DNA of 64,000 nucleotides from an uncultured Gemmatimonadales bacterium (lineage in GTDB: Bacteria; Gemmatimonadota; Gemmatimonadetes; Gemmatimonadales; GWC2-71-9), in assembly GCA_963821525.1 (NCBI GenBank), contig CAWGED010000019.1:320001-384000 (forward strand), written 5' to 3'. Shown here in pieces: positions 1-11,823 of the stretch. Within the stretch, counting starts at the first letter, position 1, and each line of letters opens with the position of its first letter. Below the pieces are notes generated by a model. It did not search any database. It was not told where the DNA came from and saw only the letters and a program-made list of their open reading frames with translations. A program made the translations under genes and the position numbers.

Positions 1-3000
1 CCCGAAAGCCACTGGTTCCACCTCGGCCGTCTGCTCACCAGCGTCAACGGCGCAGCGACCCTGCTGTCCTGGAGCGGCACCGCGTTCGAGTACCTGATGC
101 CGCTCCTCATTATGCGCTCGTACTCCGAAACCCTGCTCGACCAATCCTGTCGTATGGCGGTCCGGCGCCAGGTGGAGTACGGCAAGCAGCAGGGTGTGCC
201 CTGGGGCATTTCGGAATCGGGATTCAACGTGGTGGACCGCCACGGCAACTATCAGTACAAGGCATTCGGCGTTCCGGGCCTCGGCCTCAAACGCGGGCTG
301 GGAGACGAGCTGGTCGTGTCTCCCTATGCCACTGCACTCGCCGCCCTGATGGAGCCGGCGACCGCGACGCAGAACTTCCGTCGGCTGACTCGCGCGGGCG
401 GCGAAGGCGTCTACGGCTACTACGAAGCGATCGACTTCACCAACCGCCGGCTCGATCAGAGTGCGGCAGAGCTGATGACTCCCGTCCAGCGCGGGACGGT
501 GGTTCAGGCCTACCTTGCGCATCACCAGGGGATGAGCCTCGTGGCGCTGGCGAACGTGCTCCTGGACAATCCGATGGTGCGCCGCCTCCACGCCGACCCA
601 CGGGTGCAGGCGACGGCTCTGCTGCTGCAGGAGCGGATTCCCCGTCACGCGCCGCTCATGGAAGCCCGCCCGGTTGAGGAAACCCGGGTGCGGGCCCCGG
701 CAACCGCGGCCTCGCTGCGGCGTTTCCGCTCACCACACACCCGGTATCCCCACGCCCAATTCCTGTCGAACGGCTCCTACACGACGGTTGTCACCAACGC
801 CGGCGGCGGAGCGAGTTTCTGGCGTGATCGCGCCGTTACCCGGTACCGGGAGGATGCCACCTCGGATTACGGCAGTCAGTTCATCTACTTGCGTGATGTG
901 CGCAGTGGAGCGATCTGGTCCGCCGCGTACCATCCCACCGGCCGCGAGGCCGATGACTACCTCGTCACCTTCCGGGCGGAGCGAGTCATCTACCGCCGTC
1001 GCGACGATGAGATCACGACTCAACTGGACATCGCCGTCTCTACCGAGGACGACGTGGAGGTGCGCCGCCTTTCAGTGACCAATCACAGCGACCGACCGTG
1101 CGAGCTGGAGATCACGAGTTACGCCGAAATCTCGCTGAGTCCGGTGCGGGACGACCTGGCGCATCCCGCCTTCAACAAACTCTTCGTTCAAACCGAATTC
1201 ATCCCCGAATCGCGCGCCCTGCTTTGCGGCCGACGGCTGCGCTCGCCAGATGAGGCTGGCGCCTGGGCGATCCATGTCTTGAGCGTGGAGGGCCGAATCC
1301 AGGGGGCGGTGGAGTGGGAAACCGATCGCGCCCGGTTCCTGGGGCGCGGTCGCGACCCCTCACGTCCGGTGGCACTCGACGGCCGCGCCTTGTCCGGGAC
1401 TACCGGTGCCGTGCTGGATCCCATCATGAGCCTGCGCCAGCGGATTCGCCTGGCGCCCGGGGGCTTCCTGCGGCTCTCCTTCTCGACTGGCATGGCTTCG
1501 AGTCGCGAGCAGGCCCTTGCCATGGCTCAGAAGTACCAGGATCCCAGCGCCGCCGCGCGGACCTTCACCCTCGCCCACACCCAGGTACAGAGCGCCCTGC
1601 GCCACCTGGGGATTTCCAGTGACGACGCATCGCTCTTCGAACGACTCGCCTCCAGAGTTCTCTACGGCGACGGATCTCTGCGCGCACCTCCAGACCTGCT
1701 GGCGCGCAATGAGCTCGGACAGGCCGGCCTCTGGCCCCACGGAATCTCCGGCGATCTGCCGATTCTGCTGGTTCGCGTGGTGGAGGAAGACGATTTGCCG
1801 CTGGTCCGCCAGGTACTTCAGGCTCAGGAATACTGGCGGCTCAAAGGCCTTCGTGCCGACGTCGTAGTGCTGAATGAGCATCCGGCGAGCTATCTCGACG
1901 AGATGCACGTTCAGCTCACCTCCCTCCTCGACACCGGCAACTGGGCCGCGTGGAAACACAAACCGGGCGGCGCCTATCTGCTTCGGGGCGATCGGATGAC
2001 CGAGGCCGAGCGCACCCTCCTGGCCAGCGTGGCCCGCGCAATTCTGAGCGGCGATCGGGGAGAGTTGGCTAACCAGCTGGACCGACCCTACCCCGATCTG
2101 CTTTGGCAGGACCATCTCCCACCGCCACCGCCGGCGCCGGTCGTAGCGTTGCGTTGGAGCGAGACCGAAGTCCCGCCTCTCGTCTTTCCCAACGGCACTG
2201 GTGGGTTCACGGCGAATGGGCAGGAGTACGTGATCGTGCTCGAAGGGGAGGCGGAGACTCCGCAGCCCTGGGTCAATGTCATGGCCAACCCGTCTTTCGG
2301 CACCGTGGTTTCCGCTTCGGGCTCGGCCTATACCTGGGCGGAAAACAGCCGGGAGAATCGTCTTACACCGTTTGCCAACGATCCGGTCACCGACGCAACC
2401 TCGGAAGCGCTGTTCATCAGGGACGAGGAGGATGGCCGGGTCTGGTCTCCTGCTCCGGGACCACTACCACGCAATCGGGACAGTGGACGCTTCGTGATCC
2501 GGCACGCGCCCGGCGTGTCGCGCTTTACCCAGGCGGCCCAGGGCGTCATGCACGACCTGAGCGTGTTCGTGGACGCAAACGATCCGGTCAAGTTCGCGGT
2601 GCTGAATCTCTCGAACCGGAGCGGGCGCCGCCGCAAGCTCAGTGTGTTCGGCTACAACGAGTGGATCCTCGGCCCGCCGCAGCCGGGGGAAGAATTTCAC
2701 GTCGTCACCGAGCTCGACTCGGAGACCGGCGCGATCCTGGCGAGAAATCCCTACAACCAGGAATTCGCCGGTAGAGTCGCCTTTGCCTGCGTCAGCGAGC
2801 GTTTCAGCTCAGCGACGGGAGATCGGCTCTTCTTCCTCGGTCGCAACGGATCCTTCACGAGAGCCGCTGCACTGAGCAGCCCGGGGCTTCCCGGCCAGTT
2901 CGGCGCCGGGCTCGATCCCTGCGCAGCATTTCAAGTCAAGGTGGACCTGGGCCCCGGAGAAAGCCGCCGCCTCGTCTTCCTGCTGGGCCAGGGCCGCGAC

Positions 3001-4632
3001 CGGGATCATGCGCTGGAACTCATCCTGCGCCACCGCAGTGTGGCCGCGGCCGACCGGGCTCTCGCCACCGTCCAGCGATTCTGGAATGACCTGCTCGGCA
3101 CCATTCAGGTTCGCACTCCCGATGATTCCTTCGACGTGCTGATGAACCGCTGGCTGATGTACCAGAACCTCAGTTGCCGGTTCTGGGCCCGATCCGCCTT
3201 CTACCAGCCCGGCGGAGCATTCGGGTTCCGCGATCAGCTTCAGGATGCGATGGCGCTCTGCCTCGCGCGGCCCGACCTCCTGCGCGCTCATCTGCTCCGT
3301 GCGGCCTCGCGCCAGTTCCTCGAGGGAGACGTGCAACACTGGTGGCACGAGCCCTCTGGCAAGGGAACCCGCACCCGGTGTTCCGACGATCTACTGTGGC
3401 TGCCCTTCGCAACGGCGCACTACGTGAATACCACGGGCGATGAGGCAGTGCTCGACGAGGTCGTTTCGTTCCTCGAGGCGCCACCACTCGCGCCCTCCGA
3501 GGCGGAGGTCTACGGCGAGCCCAAAGTGGCCGCCGAGTCCGCTTCCCTGTTCCAGCACTGCGTGCGCGCGATAGACCGCAGCTTGACCGCCGGACGTCAC
3601 GGCTTGCCGCTGATTGGAAGCGGGGACTGGAACGACGGTATGAATCGGGTCGGCCAGGACGGGCGGGGCGAGAGCGTTTGGCTCGGCTGGTTCCTGCATA
3701 CGGTCCTGCAGCAGTTCCAGCCGTTGTGCCAGGCGCGCGATCCCTCCCTCGCGGCGCGCTATGGTGGTGAGCGAAACCGGCTCGGCCTCATGCTGGGGCA
3801 GGCGTGGGATGGAAACTGGTATCGGCGCGCCTACTACGACGACGGCTCTCCGCTCGGCTCGGCCCAGAACGATGAGTGCAGAATCGATTCAATCGCGCAG
3901 TCGTGGGCCGTGCTTTCAGGAGCCAGCACCACAATCCGGGCCGAACAGGCAATGGATGCGGTCCGAAGTTATCTGGTACAGCGCGGAGCGGGACTGGTCC
4001 TCGTTCTCACCCCGCCGTTCGATCAGTCGGCCCAGGATCCCGGTTACATCAAAGGGTACCCACCCGGGATGCGCGAGAATGGGGGCCAGTACACCCATGC
4101 CGCCATCTGGACCGTCATGGCCCTTGCCCGGCTCGGCAGCGGCGACGAAGCAGTCGAGTTGTTCCACATGGTCAACCCGATCAACCATACTCGGAATTCG
4201 GCCGGCACCGATCGTTATAAAGGAGAGCCCTACGTCACCGCCGGCGACGTCTATTCCCATCACGCACACGTAGGAAGGGCGGGCTGGACCTGGTATACCG
4301 GCTCGGCGGGATGGATGTATCGCGCCGGACTGGAGAGCATCCTCGGCCTCAAGCGGCACGGAGCGACATTCGAGCTGTCGCCCTGCATCCCCACCGTTTG
4401 GCCCGAATACTCGATCACCTGGCGCTTCGGGAAAACCCGCTACGAGATCTCGGTGATCAATCCGGAACATCGCTGTCAGGGAGTCTCCGAGGCCGAGCTG
4501 GACGGCGAACAGGTGGATCCGCGCGCCATCCCGCTGGTAGACGATGGCGGTACTCATAACGTCAGGGTCATCATCGGCGCCCCAGCCCTGACTGTCACCC
4601 GCGGCGCGGTCAGGGGAAGGGCGCGAGCCTGA
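1..4632 (+). CDS. ndvB: NdvB/cyclic beta-1,2-glucan synthase-like protein, C-terminal part (glucoamylase-like plus duplicated GH94 domains); 5' end lies outside the window
   Basis: Frame 1 is open from base 1 ([12 protein letters not shown]...[12 protein letters not shown]). Motifs [46 protein letters not shown] and WYTGSAGW are typical of GH94/NdvB. Confidence 0.85.
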   Translation, partial: PESHWFHLGRLLTSVNGAATLLSWSGTAFEYLMPLLIMRSYSETLLDQSCRMAVRRQVEYGKQQGVPWGISESGFNVVDRHGNYQYKAFGVPGLGLKRGLGDELVVSPYATALAALMEPATATQNFRRLTRAGGEGVYGYYEAIDFTNRRLDQSAAELMTPVQRGTVVQAYLAHHQGMSLVALANVLLDNPMVRRLHADPRVQATALLLQERIPRHAPLMEARPVEETRVRAPATAASLRRFRSPHTRYPHAQFLSNGSYTTVVTNAGGGASFWRDRAVTRYREDATSDYGSQFIYLRDVRSGAIWSAAYHPTGREADDYLVTFRAERVIYRRRDDEITTQLDIAVSTEDDVEVRRLSVTNHSDRPCELEITSYAEISLSPVRDDLAHPAFNKLFVQTEFIPESRALLCGRRLRSPDEAGAWAIHVLSVEGRIQGAVEWETDRARFLGRGRDPSRPVALDGRALSGTTGAVLDPIMSLRQRIRLAPGGFLRLSFSTGMASSREQALAMAQKYQDPSAAARTFTLAHTQVQSALRHLGISSDDASLFERLASRVLYGDGSLRAPPDLLARNELGQAGLWPHGISGDLPILLVRVVEEDDLPLVRQVLQAQEYWRLKGLRADVVVLNEHPASYLDEMHVQLTSLLDTGNWAAWKHKPGGAYLLRGDRMTEAERTLLASVARAILSGDRGELANQLDRPYPDLLWQDHLPPPPPAPVVALRWSETEVPPLVFPNGTGGFTANGQEYVIVLEGEAETPQPWVNVMANPSFGTVVSASGSAYTWAENSRENRLTPFANDPVTDATSEALFIRDEEDGRVWSPAPGPLPRNRDSGRFVIRHAPGVSRFTQAAQGVMHDLSVFVDANDPVKFAVLNLSNRSGRRRKLSVFGYNEWILGPPQPGEEFHVVTELDSETGAILARNPYNQEFAGRVAFACVSERFSSATGDRLFFLGRNGSFTRAAALSSPGLPGQFGAGLDPCAAFQVKVDLGPGESRRLVFLLGQGRDRDHALELILRHRSVAAADRALATVQRFWNDLLGTIQVRTPDDSFDVLMNRWLMYQNLSCRFWARSAFYQPGGAFGFRDQLQDAMALCLARPDLLRAHLLRAASRQFLEGDVQHWWHEPSGKGTRTRCSDDLLWLPFATAHYVNTTGDEAVLDEVVSFLEAPPLAPSEAEVYGEPKVAAESASLFQHCVRAIDRSLTAGRHGLPLIGSGDWNDGMNRVGQDGRGESVWLGWFLHTVLQQFQPLCQARDPSLAARYGGERNRLGLMLGQAWDGNWYRRAYYDDGSPLGSAQNDECRIDSIAQSWAVLSGASTTIRAEQAMDAVRSYLVQRGAGLVLVLTPPFDQSAQDPGYIKGYPPGMRENGGQYTHAAIWTVMALARLGSGDEAVELFHMVNPINHTRNSAGTDRYKGEPYVTAGDVYSHHAHVGRAGWTWYTGSAGWMYRAGLESILGLKRHGATFELSPCIPTVWPEYSITWRFGKTRYEISVINPEHRCQGVSEAELDGEQVDPRAIPLVDDGGTHNVRVIIGAPALTVTRGAVRGRARA

Positions 4633-4637
4633 GGCCG

Positions 4638-5497
4638 CTAATTCCCGGCGATCAGTCTGGCATGTCCGCCCGGAGAAGATTCCACCAGGAGCGTCTCGCC
4701 TCCCTGCACCGTGATCGATCCCCTACCGACAATGCTGCCCGAAGGATTCAGCTGAAACTGGTCGTCGAGGTAGAAGACGTTTACCCACAGCTCGTACTCG
4801 TAGGTTCCAGCCGGGAGCGATTGCAGCGCAACGGCCTGCGGCTGGTGCAGGTTGGACACCGCGCTTTGAATATTCCCGATTCTGAAGTGAATCTCCTGCC
4901 ACGGGACCCGGTCGGAATGCAGTGGTGCCGTTACCGTAATTCCGGCATTCGCAGCGGCTGAACTGGTCGGACCGGGGTCTGCCGTCGTGACGCTGTCGGT
5001 CCGGACGGTCTCATCCGCGCCAGGGATGCATGACAGGATCTTTGTGGCACGCTGTGAGCCGGAAGGGTGCGCCGCATCGTACCGGAAGGGCCCCATGCGG
5101 GTGAAGAAGTGGATTGCCGCCCCGACCGCAGACGGATTATCCCCGGTCAGTTTGGCTGCGGCGTAGCAGTCTGCCGCGAGCTCTTGCTCCTGCAACTTGG
5201 CGTTGAAAGACTTCCGATTTCCTGCCAGCGCGTGGGCCCGCGTGTGGCGCAGCGTGATGTGTCCGTACTCGTGCGCCATGAAGAAGGCGGAGAGCTGGGG
5301 CCCTAGACGCTGCAGGTAGTCGGGATTGTAGTAGATGATCGAACCCTTCGGATCGTAGACCGCGACGGCGACATCATGCAGCGTATCCAGCGCGATCTCG
5401 CGCACCGGTAGTGACTGGGGACCGCCTTGTGATTCCAGTTCAGTCCGACTGCTCCGACTCCCACCAGTGACACCCAGACCATCATGCCCGAGCGCAT
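4638..5497 (-). CDS. Secreted zinc metallopeptidase-like protein (M48-like, HExxH); probable frameshift near 5415
   Basis: FFMAHEYGH plus a downstream ELAADCYA motif. The signal-like N-terminus MRSGMMVWVSLVGVGAVG (ORF 5303..5497, RBS ggagga upstream) is in another frame. Confidence 0.6.
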
Positions 5498-5726
5498 ACT
5501 CCTCCGGCCAAAAAAATGAAGGCGGGATGAGCGCTCGTGTGAGCGCTACATCTCGCCTTCGGCTGGGGGAGCCTGGCAGCTCCCTCCGCCAAGGTGGCAT
5601 CTCGCTTTTTTACTTCCGAGAGCCGCCTTTTTGCTTCCGAAAACAGTATATCTGAGCTCTCCACGAATCGAAGTGACCAGTGTCACCCTGAATTAGCTGG
5701 GCGCGACGCACAATCCCTCTAAGCCC

Positions 5727-7281
5727 CTACGTTCCAGTTGCTTCCCGGTTCGCGCGACGATGAATCTCGCGAATCGTTTCAATTGTGTCGGCATCCTGCG
5801 CACTCTTGTCGGGCCGATATCCCTTGATTCTCGCGAAGCGCAGCGCGACACCTCCAGGGTATTGCGAGCTCGACTGCACATCGTTGAAGGCGACCTCCAC
5901 GACCAGCTCCGGGCCGCACGTAAACCGTGTAGTCGTCGCGCCGCACCTCGAGTTCCTGCAAACGCGTCGTCTGCCATGCCAGGATCTCGTCCGTCATTCC
6001 CTTGAAGGTCTTGCCCAACATCACGAACTCCCCGCTCGCGGCATCCCGGGCGCCAAGGTGAAGGTTGCTGAGCCAGCCGCGACGCCGGCCGTTTCCCCAC
6101 TCCGCGGCGAGAACAACCAGATCGAGCGTGTGAACCGGCTTGATCTTGAACCAGCGTTGTCCTCGTTGTCCCGCTTCATACCGCGCGTCGAGGGCCTTGG
6201 CCATTACCCCTTCGTGGCCCTGCGCCAATGCGCGATCGAGGAAGGCCTGAGCTTCCGACGGTTCCCCTGTCACCGTGCGCTGGACTAACAGTTGGGACGG
6301 CAGTGACCGGCGCAGGAATTCGTGGCGCTGCTCCTGGGTCAGGTCTAGAAGCGATTTCCCATCGAGGTACAGCAGGTCGAAGAAGAAGGGGGTAAGCGGC
6401 ACCTCGCTGCGCAGCCGATCCACCTCGAGCCGCCGCCCGAAACGGCTCATCGTCGTCTGAAAGGCATGCGGTGATCCGTCGCTCCTGAGCGCAATGACCT
6501 CCCCGTCCAGTATCAGCTCCCGCGAAGGCAATGCCCGGACCGCCTCGACAACCTCAGGTACCGCAGCCGTCACCTCGTTGAGCCGCCGCGTGTAGACCTT
6601 CACCTCGGCGCCTCCTTTGTGCACCTGGATTCGCGCCCCGTCGAGCTTGAATTCGAACGCCGCTCGGCCAAGGCGCTCCAATGCCTCGGCTGGGGCCGCG
6701 GCAGTCTCGGCGAGCATTGGCAGCACCGGCCGGAAAAGCCGGATCGCGAACTCGCCCAGCCCGCTGCCACCGGCCAGAATCGTTCGGGCTACGCTTCCCA
6801 GGTCCCCCGCCGTCATGAAGGCGCGTTGGACTTCCGCTCGGGGCAGCTCTGCGGCGCGGGCGACCGCATCCAGCACCACTCCTTCGAGCGCGCCCTGACG
6901 CAACTCGCCGAGGAGCAGACGCGCCAGAAACTGCTGCTCGACTCGGGTGGCCCGGGCCCACAGACCCCGCAGGAGCCGGGACCGTTCCTGGGCCGAGCCC
7001 TTGCCGCCGATCCGCGCGATTTCTTCCAGGGCCGAATCCACGTCGCTCACGGTGAGAGACGCCGAGTCGGCGCCAGGCGCTTCGGAAAGCGTCGCTACCG
7101 TGGCGTAGCCCACGCCGAGTCGCGGTTGACGGATGGATCCGGTGAGATAGGCGGTCCCGATCTCCACCTCGGCAGCCTCGAGCCGGCGGAGGAGTGCCGC
7201 CAGCAGCGCGACTTTATCCAGCCGTCCGCTTGTGGCGGCGACTCGGCTCGAGGTCTCGACCAGGTCGGCGAGGGTAACCAT
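5727..7281 (-). CDS. ATP-dependent DNA ligase (LigB/archaeal type); frameshift near 5905
   Basis: Motifs [33 protein letters not shown]. The C-terminal VRPELVVEV...[14 protein letters not shown] continues in another frame to a stop at 5727. Confidence 0.9.
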
Positions 7282-7400
7282 GGCAGCAGGATACCCGGGG
7301 TCCCGATGCTGCCGGAAGGCCGCAGGAGTAACGATCCCATCGCTGGCGAGAGCGGAGGCGCGGTATCACCTTGTGTGAAACGGATGAAACGAGGACCTGA

Positions 7401-8006
7401 ATGCGCTACCAGTTTCTGATCGACACCTATGCGACTGAACGGCTCAAGGTGCTCAGCGTGTGGGGCATGTTCGAGGATGGCGATCTTTCGACCCGGCCCC
7501 ATCGGGAGGACCGCCGGGGGCGCAGCGTGCTCGAACAGATGGTCCATCAGTGCATGAGCGAGAATCTCTGGTTCCGCTCCATGCTCGGGATCGACGTCGG
7601 AGCACCGCCGCTGCCCGAGCAGGAGACCCGGAGTGGATTCGTGCGACGCTATGCGGAAGATTCAGGCAAGCGACTCGACCTGCTGCGGGGCAAACCGGAT
7701 GAGTGGTGGGAGGAAGCAGCGGCCTTCTTCGAGGTTCGTCGCAGCCGGGCCTGGATCATGGTGCGGAGGATCGCACACACCGCCCATCATCGCGGCCAGC
7801 AGACCGCTCTCCTGCGCATGCTCCGCCGGGATGTGTATAGCACCTACGGGCCGACCGCCGACACCGGCGGTCTGCCGGCGAATCAAGCACCGACCATCTA
7901 CGCCTTCCCCGATGAGAGTGCGTTGCTCGCCGGAATGGATGGGGGAGACAAATCACAGTTGCCCGGCCCGGGCGCCTCGCTACCGACCGAGCGTCCCAAC
8001 CGGTAG
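7401..8006 (+). CDS. DinB family protein
   Basis: RSVLEQMVHQC and IAHTAHHRGQ give the DinB metal-binding His pattern. Confidence 0.8.
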   Translation: MRYQFLIDTYATERLKVLSVWGMFEDGDLSTRPHREDRRGRSVLEQMVHQCMSENLWFRSMLGIDVGAPPLPEQETRSGFVRRYAEDSGKRLDLLRGKPDEWWEEAAAFFEVRRSRAWIMVRRIAHTAHHRGQQTALLRMLRRDVYSTYGPTADTGGLPANQAPTIYAFPDESALLAGMDGGDKSQLPGPGASLPTERPNR

Positions 8007-8021
8007 GAGGTCGTCCTTTGG

Positions 8022-10681
8022 TCAGTCGGTGCGCAGCGTGTTCGCCGGATCGGCGTGGCTCGCCCGTGCGGCCGGGAGCCAGGAAGCGGCGAGCGCCGTA
8101 ATCACCAGCAGCAGAGGAACCGTGAGAAAGGTGAGCGGATCGGAGGGGGCAACTTCATAAAGGAGTGCTCGCATCGCCCGGGTCGCGCCGAACGCGGCAC
8201 CGATACCCAGGGTAAGTCCCACCAGAACCAGTCTCAGTCCGTGGCGCACGATCAGCCACTGCACATGAGTCGCCCGCGCGCCGAGCGCGATTCGGATCCC
8301 CATCTCCCTGGTGCGCCGCCGGGCGACTTGGGCGATCACGCCGTACACTCCGACTATCGCCAGAGCCAGGCCCACCGAAGCAAACGCGAGGAGCAGCGTC
8401 ATGAAGAATCGCTGGCTCGCGACGGAGCGGGACCAGAGCGCCTCCATCGGATCGATCGAAACGATCGCGAGTTCGGGGTCCAGCTCGCGCACCAGCTGGC
8501 GCACCGAGGTACCGAGGGTGGCCGGAGGCACCGAACTCCGCAGCATCAGCGTCATGTACTCGTTAGGTGTCTGCGCGAACGGGGTGAACACTTCGATGCG
8601 GGGCTCGATTGCGAGGCTCGCCTGGCGCTCGCTACCCACGACCCCGACGATGGTGTACCAGACCGAAGTGGAATCCGGAATGCGGTCGAAGGAGATCCGC
8701 TGGCCCACCGGATCCTGATCCTTGAAGTACTGCCGGGCCAGGGTCTCGTTGATCACCACAACCGGGGGCGAGTCTTCCCGGTCCGCATCGCTGAATACTC
8801 TCCCCGATCGCAGCGGGATGCGCATGACGCGGAAATAGCCCGGTCGCGGCCGTCCGGTGTACGACCTCCGTGCCATACTCATCGGCGGGGCGGCCGGCGA
8901 TGTGAAAGTCGCTGGTCCAGCCGGTGCCAGTGAGTGCCGGAGTGACCACCGTCGCTGCCTCTGTTACTCCGGGCAGGCTCCGCGCCCTTCCCTGCAATTC
9001 ATCAAAGAAGCTGATGATCTTGGTCGAGGTATCGTACTTGGCTGGTGGGAGATTGATCGCGACGGCCAGGACTCCCTTCGGATCAAAACCGGGGTCAACC
9101 TGCTGCAGCCGCCAGAAACTGCGGACCAGAAGACCCGCTCCCGTGGTGAGCAACAATGCCAAAGCGATCTCGGCCACCACCAGGGCATTGGCCCAGCGAC
9201 GAATCCGGCTGCCTTCGCTCGCGAGTCGACCGCCTTCCTTCAGTACATCAGCGGGAGCGCGGCGCCCCCGCCAGATCGCCGGGGCGACGCCAAACAGCAG
9301 CCCGCTGGCCGTCGTGACCGCGACCACGTAGCCGACCACACTCCAGTCGATAGCAACGTCCCCCACCGGTAGCATGCCGGCGGGTTGCAATGCCGAGAGT
9401 GCACCGGTCCCGAGCCAGCCCAGTACCAATCCCGCGAGCCCGCCGAGAGCGGACAACACCAGGCTCTCGGTGAGCGACTGCTGGACTAGTCGGCCCCGCC
9501 CCGCGCCGAGGGCCAGCCTGAGCGCCGCTTCCCTTTCTCGCCCCAGGGCCTGGACCAGCAGCAGGTTCCCCACGTTGGCGCACGCGATGAGAAGGAGCAG
9601 CAGCACCGAGCCAAGCAGCACCCATAGCGGCTGGCGGACCTTGCCGACCAGGAAATCGTGCAAAGGCGTCATGTCGGCGCCCATGACCCGGTTGGTCTCC
9701 GGATATTCCACTTGGAGCTGGCGGACCACGCCCTGGAATTGGGCGTCAGCCTGCTGCTGCGAGACACCGGGCTTGAGTCGCGCCACGACCCGGATCCAGT
9801 GGGCCCGCCTGAAGTGGATCTGAGAGCGTTCGCTGGCCTGCCATGCGACCGGGGTCCAGAGATCGGCGTCCGGCGAAGGGAAGGCAAACCCCTTGGGCAT
9901 GATCCCGACGATCTCGGTGGCGACACCGTTCAGATGAACGATGCGCCCGATGATGGCGCGATCTCCGGCGAACTGCCGTTGCCAGAAACCGTAGCTGATC
10001 ACCGCGACGTTGGAGCTCGAAGCCCAGGTCTCCTCTGGCCGAAAGACCCGCCCGACGGCGGCCGGCACTTCCAGCACCGAGAAGAAGTTGCCGGTGACGT
10101 TCGCCCGGGATACGAGAACGGGGTCGTCGCCAACGCTCAGCGTCTGCCGGCTCGGCCTGTCGATCATACGCGGCAACGTCGGCAAAGGCCGGCACCCGCG
10201 CCTGCCAGTCGAGATAGTTGGCCGGCGCGGCAACCTGCTGATGCCATCCTTTCTCGGGATTGTCCTCCGCCAGCATCATCAGCTGATCCGGCGAAGGGAA
10301 CGGAAGCGGACGGAGAATGACCCGGTTCACGACCGAGAAGATCGCCGTGTTGGCGCCGATGCCCAGGGCAAGAGTCAGGATCGCTGTCGCGGCGAGAAGC
10401 GGATTGCGACGAAAGGTCCGCATGGCGAAACGCGTATCGGCCACCACATCCTCGAGCCACCTCACTCCACGGCCGTCGCGGTGAGCTTCCTTGATCGCGT
10501 CGATTCCTCCGAAGGCGATGAGTGCCTCGCGCCGGGCCTGATCTGCCGGCATGCCGCCGCGAATGTTCTTCGCGGTCTCCATCTCCAGATGGAGCTGGAT
10601 CTCGTCGTCCAAATCCCTCTCGGTGGATTCCCGCTGAAAGAGCGCCTTCCACCAGCGCGCGATCGGCTTGAGCGGTTTCAT
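8022..10681 (-). CDS. Duplicated orphan ABC permease (ADOP, MacB-PCD/FtsX repeats); frameshifts near 10170 and 8855
   Basis: Three overlapping ORFs together give LDDEIQLHLE, TLALGIGANTAIFS, LLIACANVGNLLL, RLALGAGRGRL and REMGIRIALGA. The ATG overlaps the PadR stop. Confidence 0.85.
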
Positions 10682-11013
10682 CAGCTGGTCCCTAACACCC
10701 ACTCGACCGCGGACACGTAACGGCGCCAGCTCTCGGTCTCCGTACCCAGCGCCGTTCGCCCGTCGTCAGTCAGCCGGTAATAGCGCGCCTTCCGATTGTT
10801 CTCTGTGGAACCCCACTCGCTCTCGATCCATCCCTTTTGCTCCAGCCGCTGCAGCGCGGGATAAAGCGAGCCCTGGTTCACGTCGAGCACACCGCGGGTA
10901 AACTGCTCGATGCGCTGGCTGATGCCCCAGCCATGCATCGGTTGCAGTGTCAGGGTCTTGAGAATCAGAAGGTCGAGCGTGCCGCGTAGGATGTCGCTGG
11001 AAGGCGTGGCCAC
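10681..11013 (-). CDS. PadR family transcriptional regulator (ADOP-associated type)
   Basis: LRGTLDLLILKTL, HGWGI, GSLYPALQRLE, ENNRKARYY. Confidence 0.9.
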   Translation of the reverse strand: MATPSSDILRGTLDLLILKTLTLQPMHGWGISQRIEQFTRGVLDVNQGSLYPALQRLEQKGWIESEWGSTENNRKARYYRLTDDGRTALGTETESWRRYVSAVEWVLGTS

Positions 11014-11036
11014 CGGAGGAACCTCGTGCTGTCGAT

Positions 11037-11069
11037 TTCCGACAGAACGTCGTTTCCCTTCTGTCGGAA
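11037..11069. promoter_or_regulatory. Putative PadR operator (inverted repeat)
   Basis: TTCCGACAGAA-N11-TTCTGTCGGAA immediately upstream of the PadR start. Confidence 0.55.
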
Positions 11070-11147
11070 GTCAAGAGGAGAGCCGCCCGCCAAACGTCGA
11101 GTGAGCCCCGGATTGACCAAATTGCGCCATATATGTATACTACAGGC

Positions 11148-11588
11148 ATGAACAATAAACCTGTGGTCACCGAGATAAACGTTGATGAGGCCCTGCTCTT
11201 TCAAATAATGGATGCCGCCGAGGCCCTGGAGCGGCGCTTGGATAGCGCGTTGGGTAAGGTAGGCCTGTCGGGCGCCAAGGCGAGTGTACTCCATGCCTTG
11301 GGACAGGGAGACGAAACGCTCACTCTGAGCCAGCTGGCGGATGAGAACTGCTGCGTGAGGTCCAACATCACCCAACTCGTGGACCGGCTGGAGGCTGACG
11401 GCCTGGTTCGAAGGGTCAACGATCCAGATGATCGGCGAATCAAACGGGCGGCTTTGACCGTAGCAGGCAAGAAAGCGTACGAGGACGCCATAAAAGTCAT
11501 CGAAATTCAAGAGCGTTCTGTTCAAAACTTGCTCACTGCTGGAGAAGTCGAGGTGCTGGGCCGAGCGTTGAAAAAGCTGATGGATTAA
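11148..11588 (+). CDS. MarR family transcriptional regulator
   Basis: LSQLADENCCVRSNITQLVDRLEADGLVRR...DDRRIKRAALT winged helix. Confidence 0.9.
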   Translation: MNNKPVVTEINVDEALLFQIMDAAEALERRLDSALGKVGLSGAKASVLHALGQGDETLTLSQLADENCCVRSNITQLVDRLEADGLVRRVNDPDDRRIKRAALTVAGKKAYEDAIKVIEIQERSVQNLLTAGEVEVLGRALKKLMD

Positions 11589-11823
11589 GGAGTTACCTTT
11601 TTTTTGGATTAGTAGTTCAGGGCTAGATTATATAGCTAAGTATTATCCAGTTACGCTGTTGTTACGTCGAGGCGGGTTTTTGCGCCTCATGGCAGGGGTG
11701 ATCCAGTCACTGCGCATTATGTCGAGAAGGGCAACTCTGGAACGACTAGAAGGTGGTAGGATCAGAAATGTGCTATATGCGTGCAGGGGCGACCGTAAGA
11801 GTCATACGCTGAGGAGAGGACCC

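Noticed and set aside
5727..8006. NHEJ or defence system around the ATP-dependent ligase
   Set aside because: No Ku, polymerase or nuclease partner is adjacent; the divergent DinB-family gene is not diagnostic.
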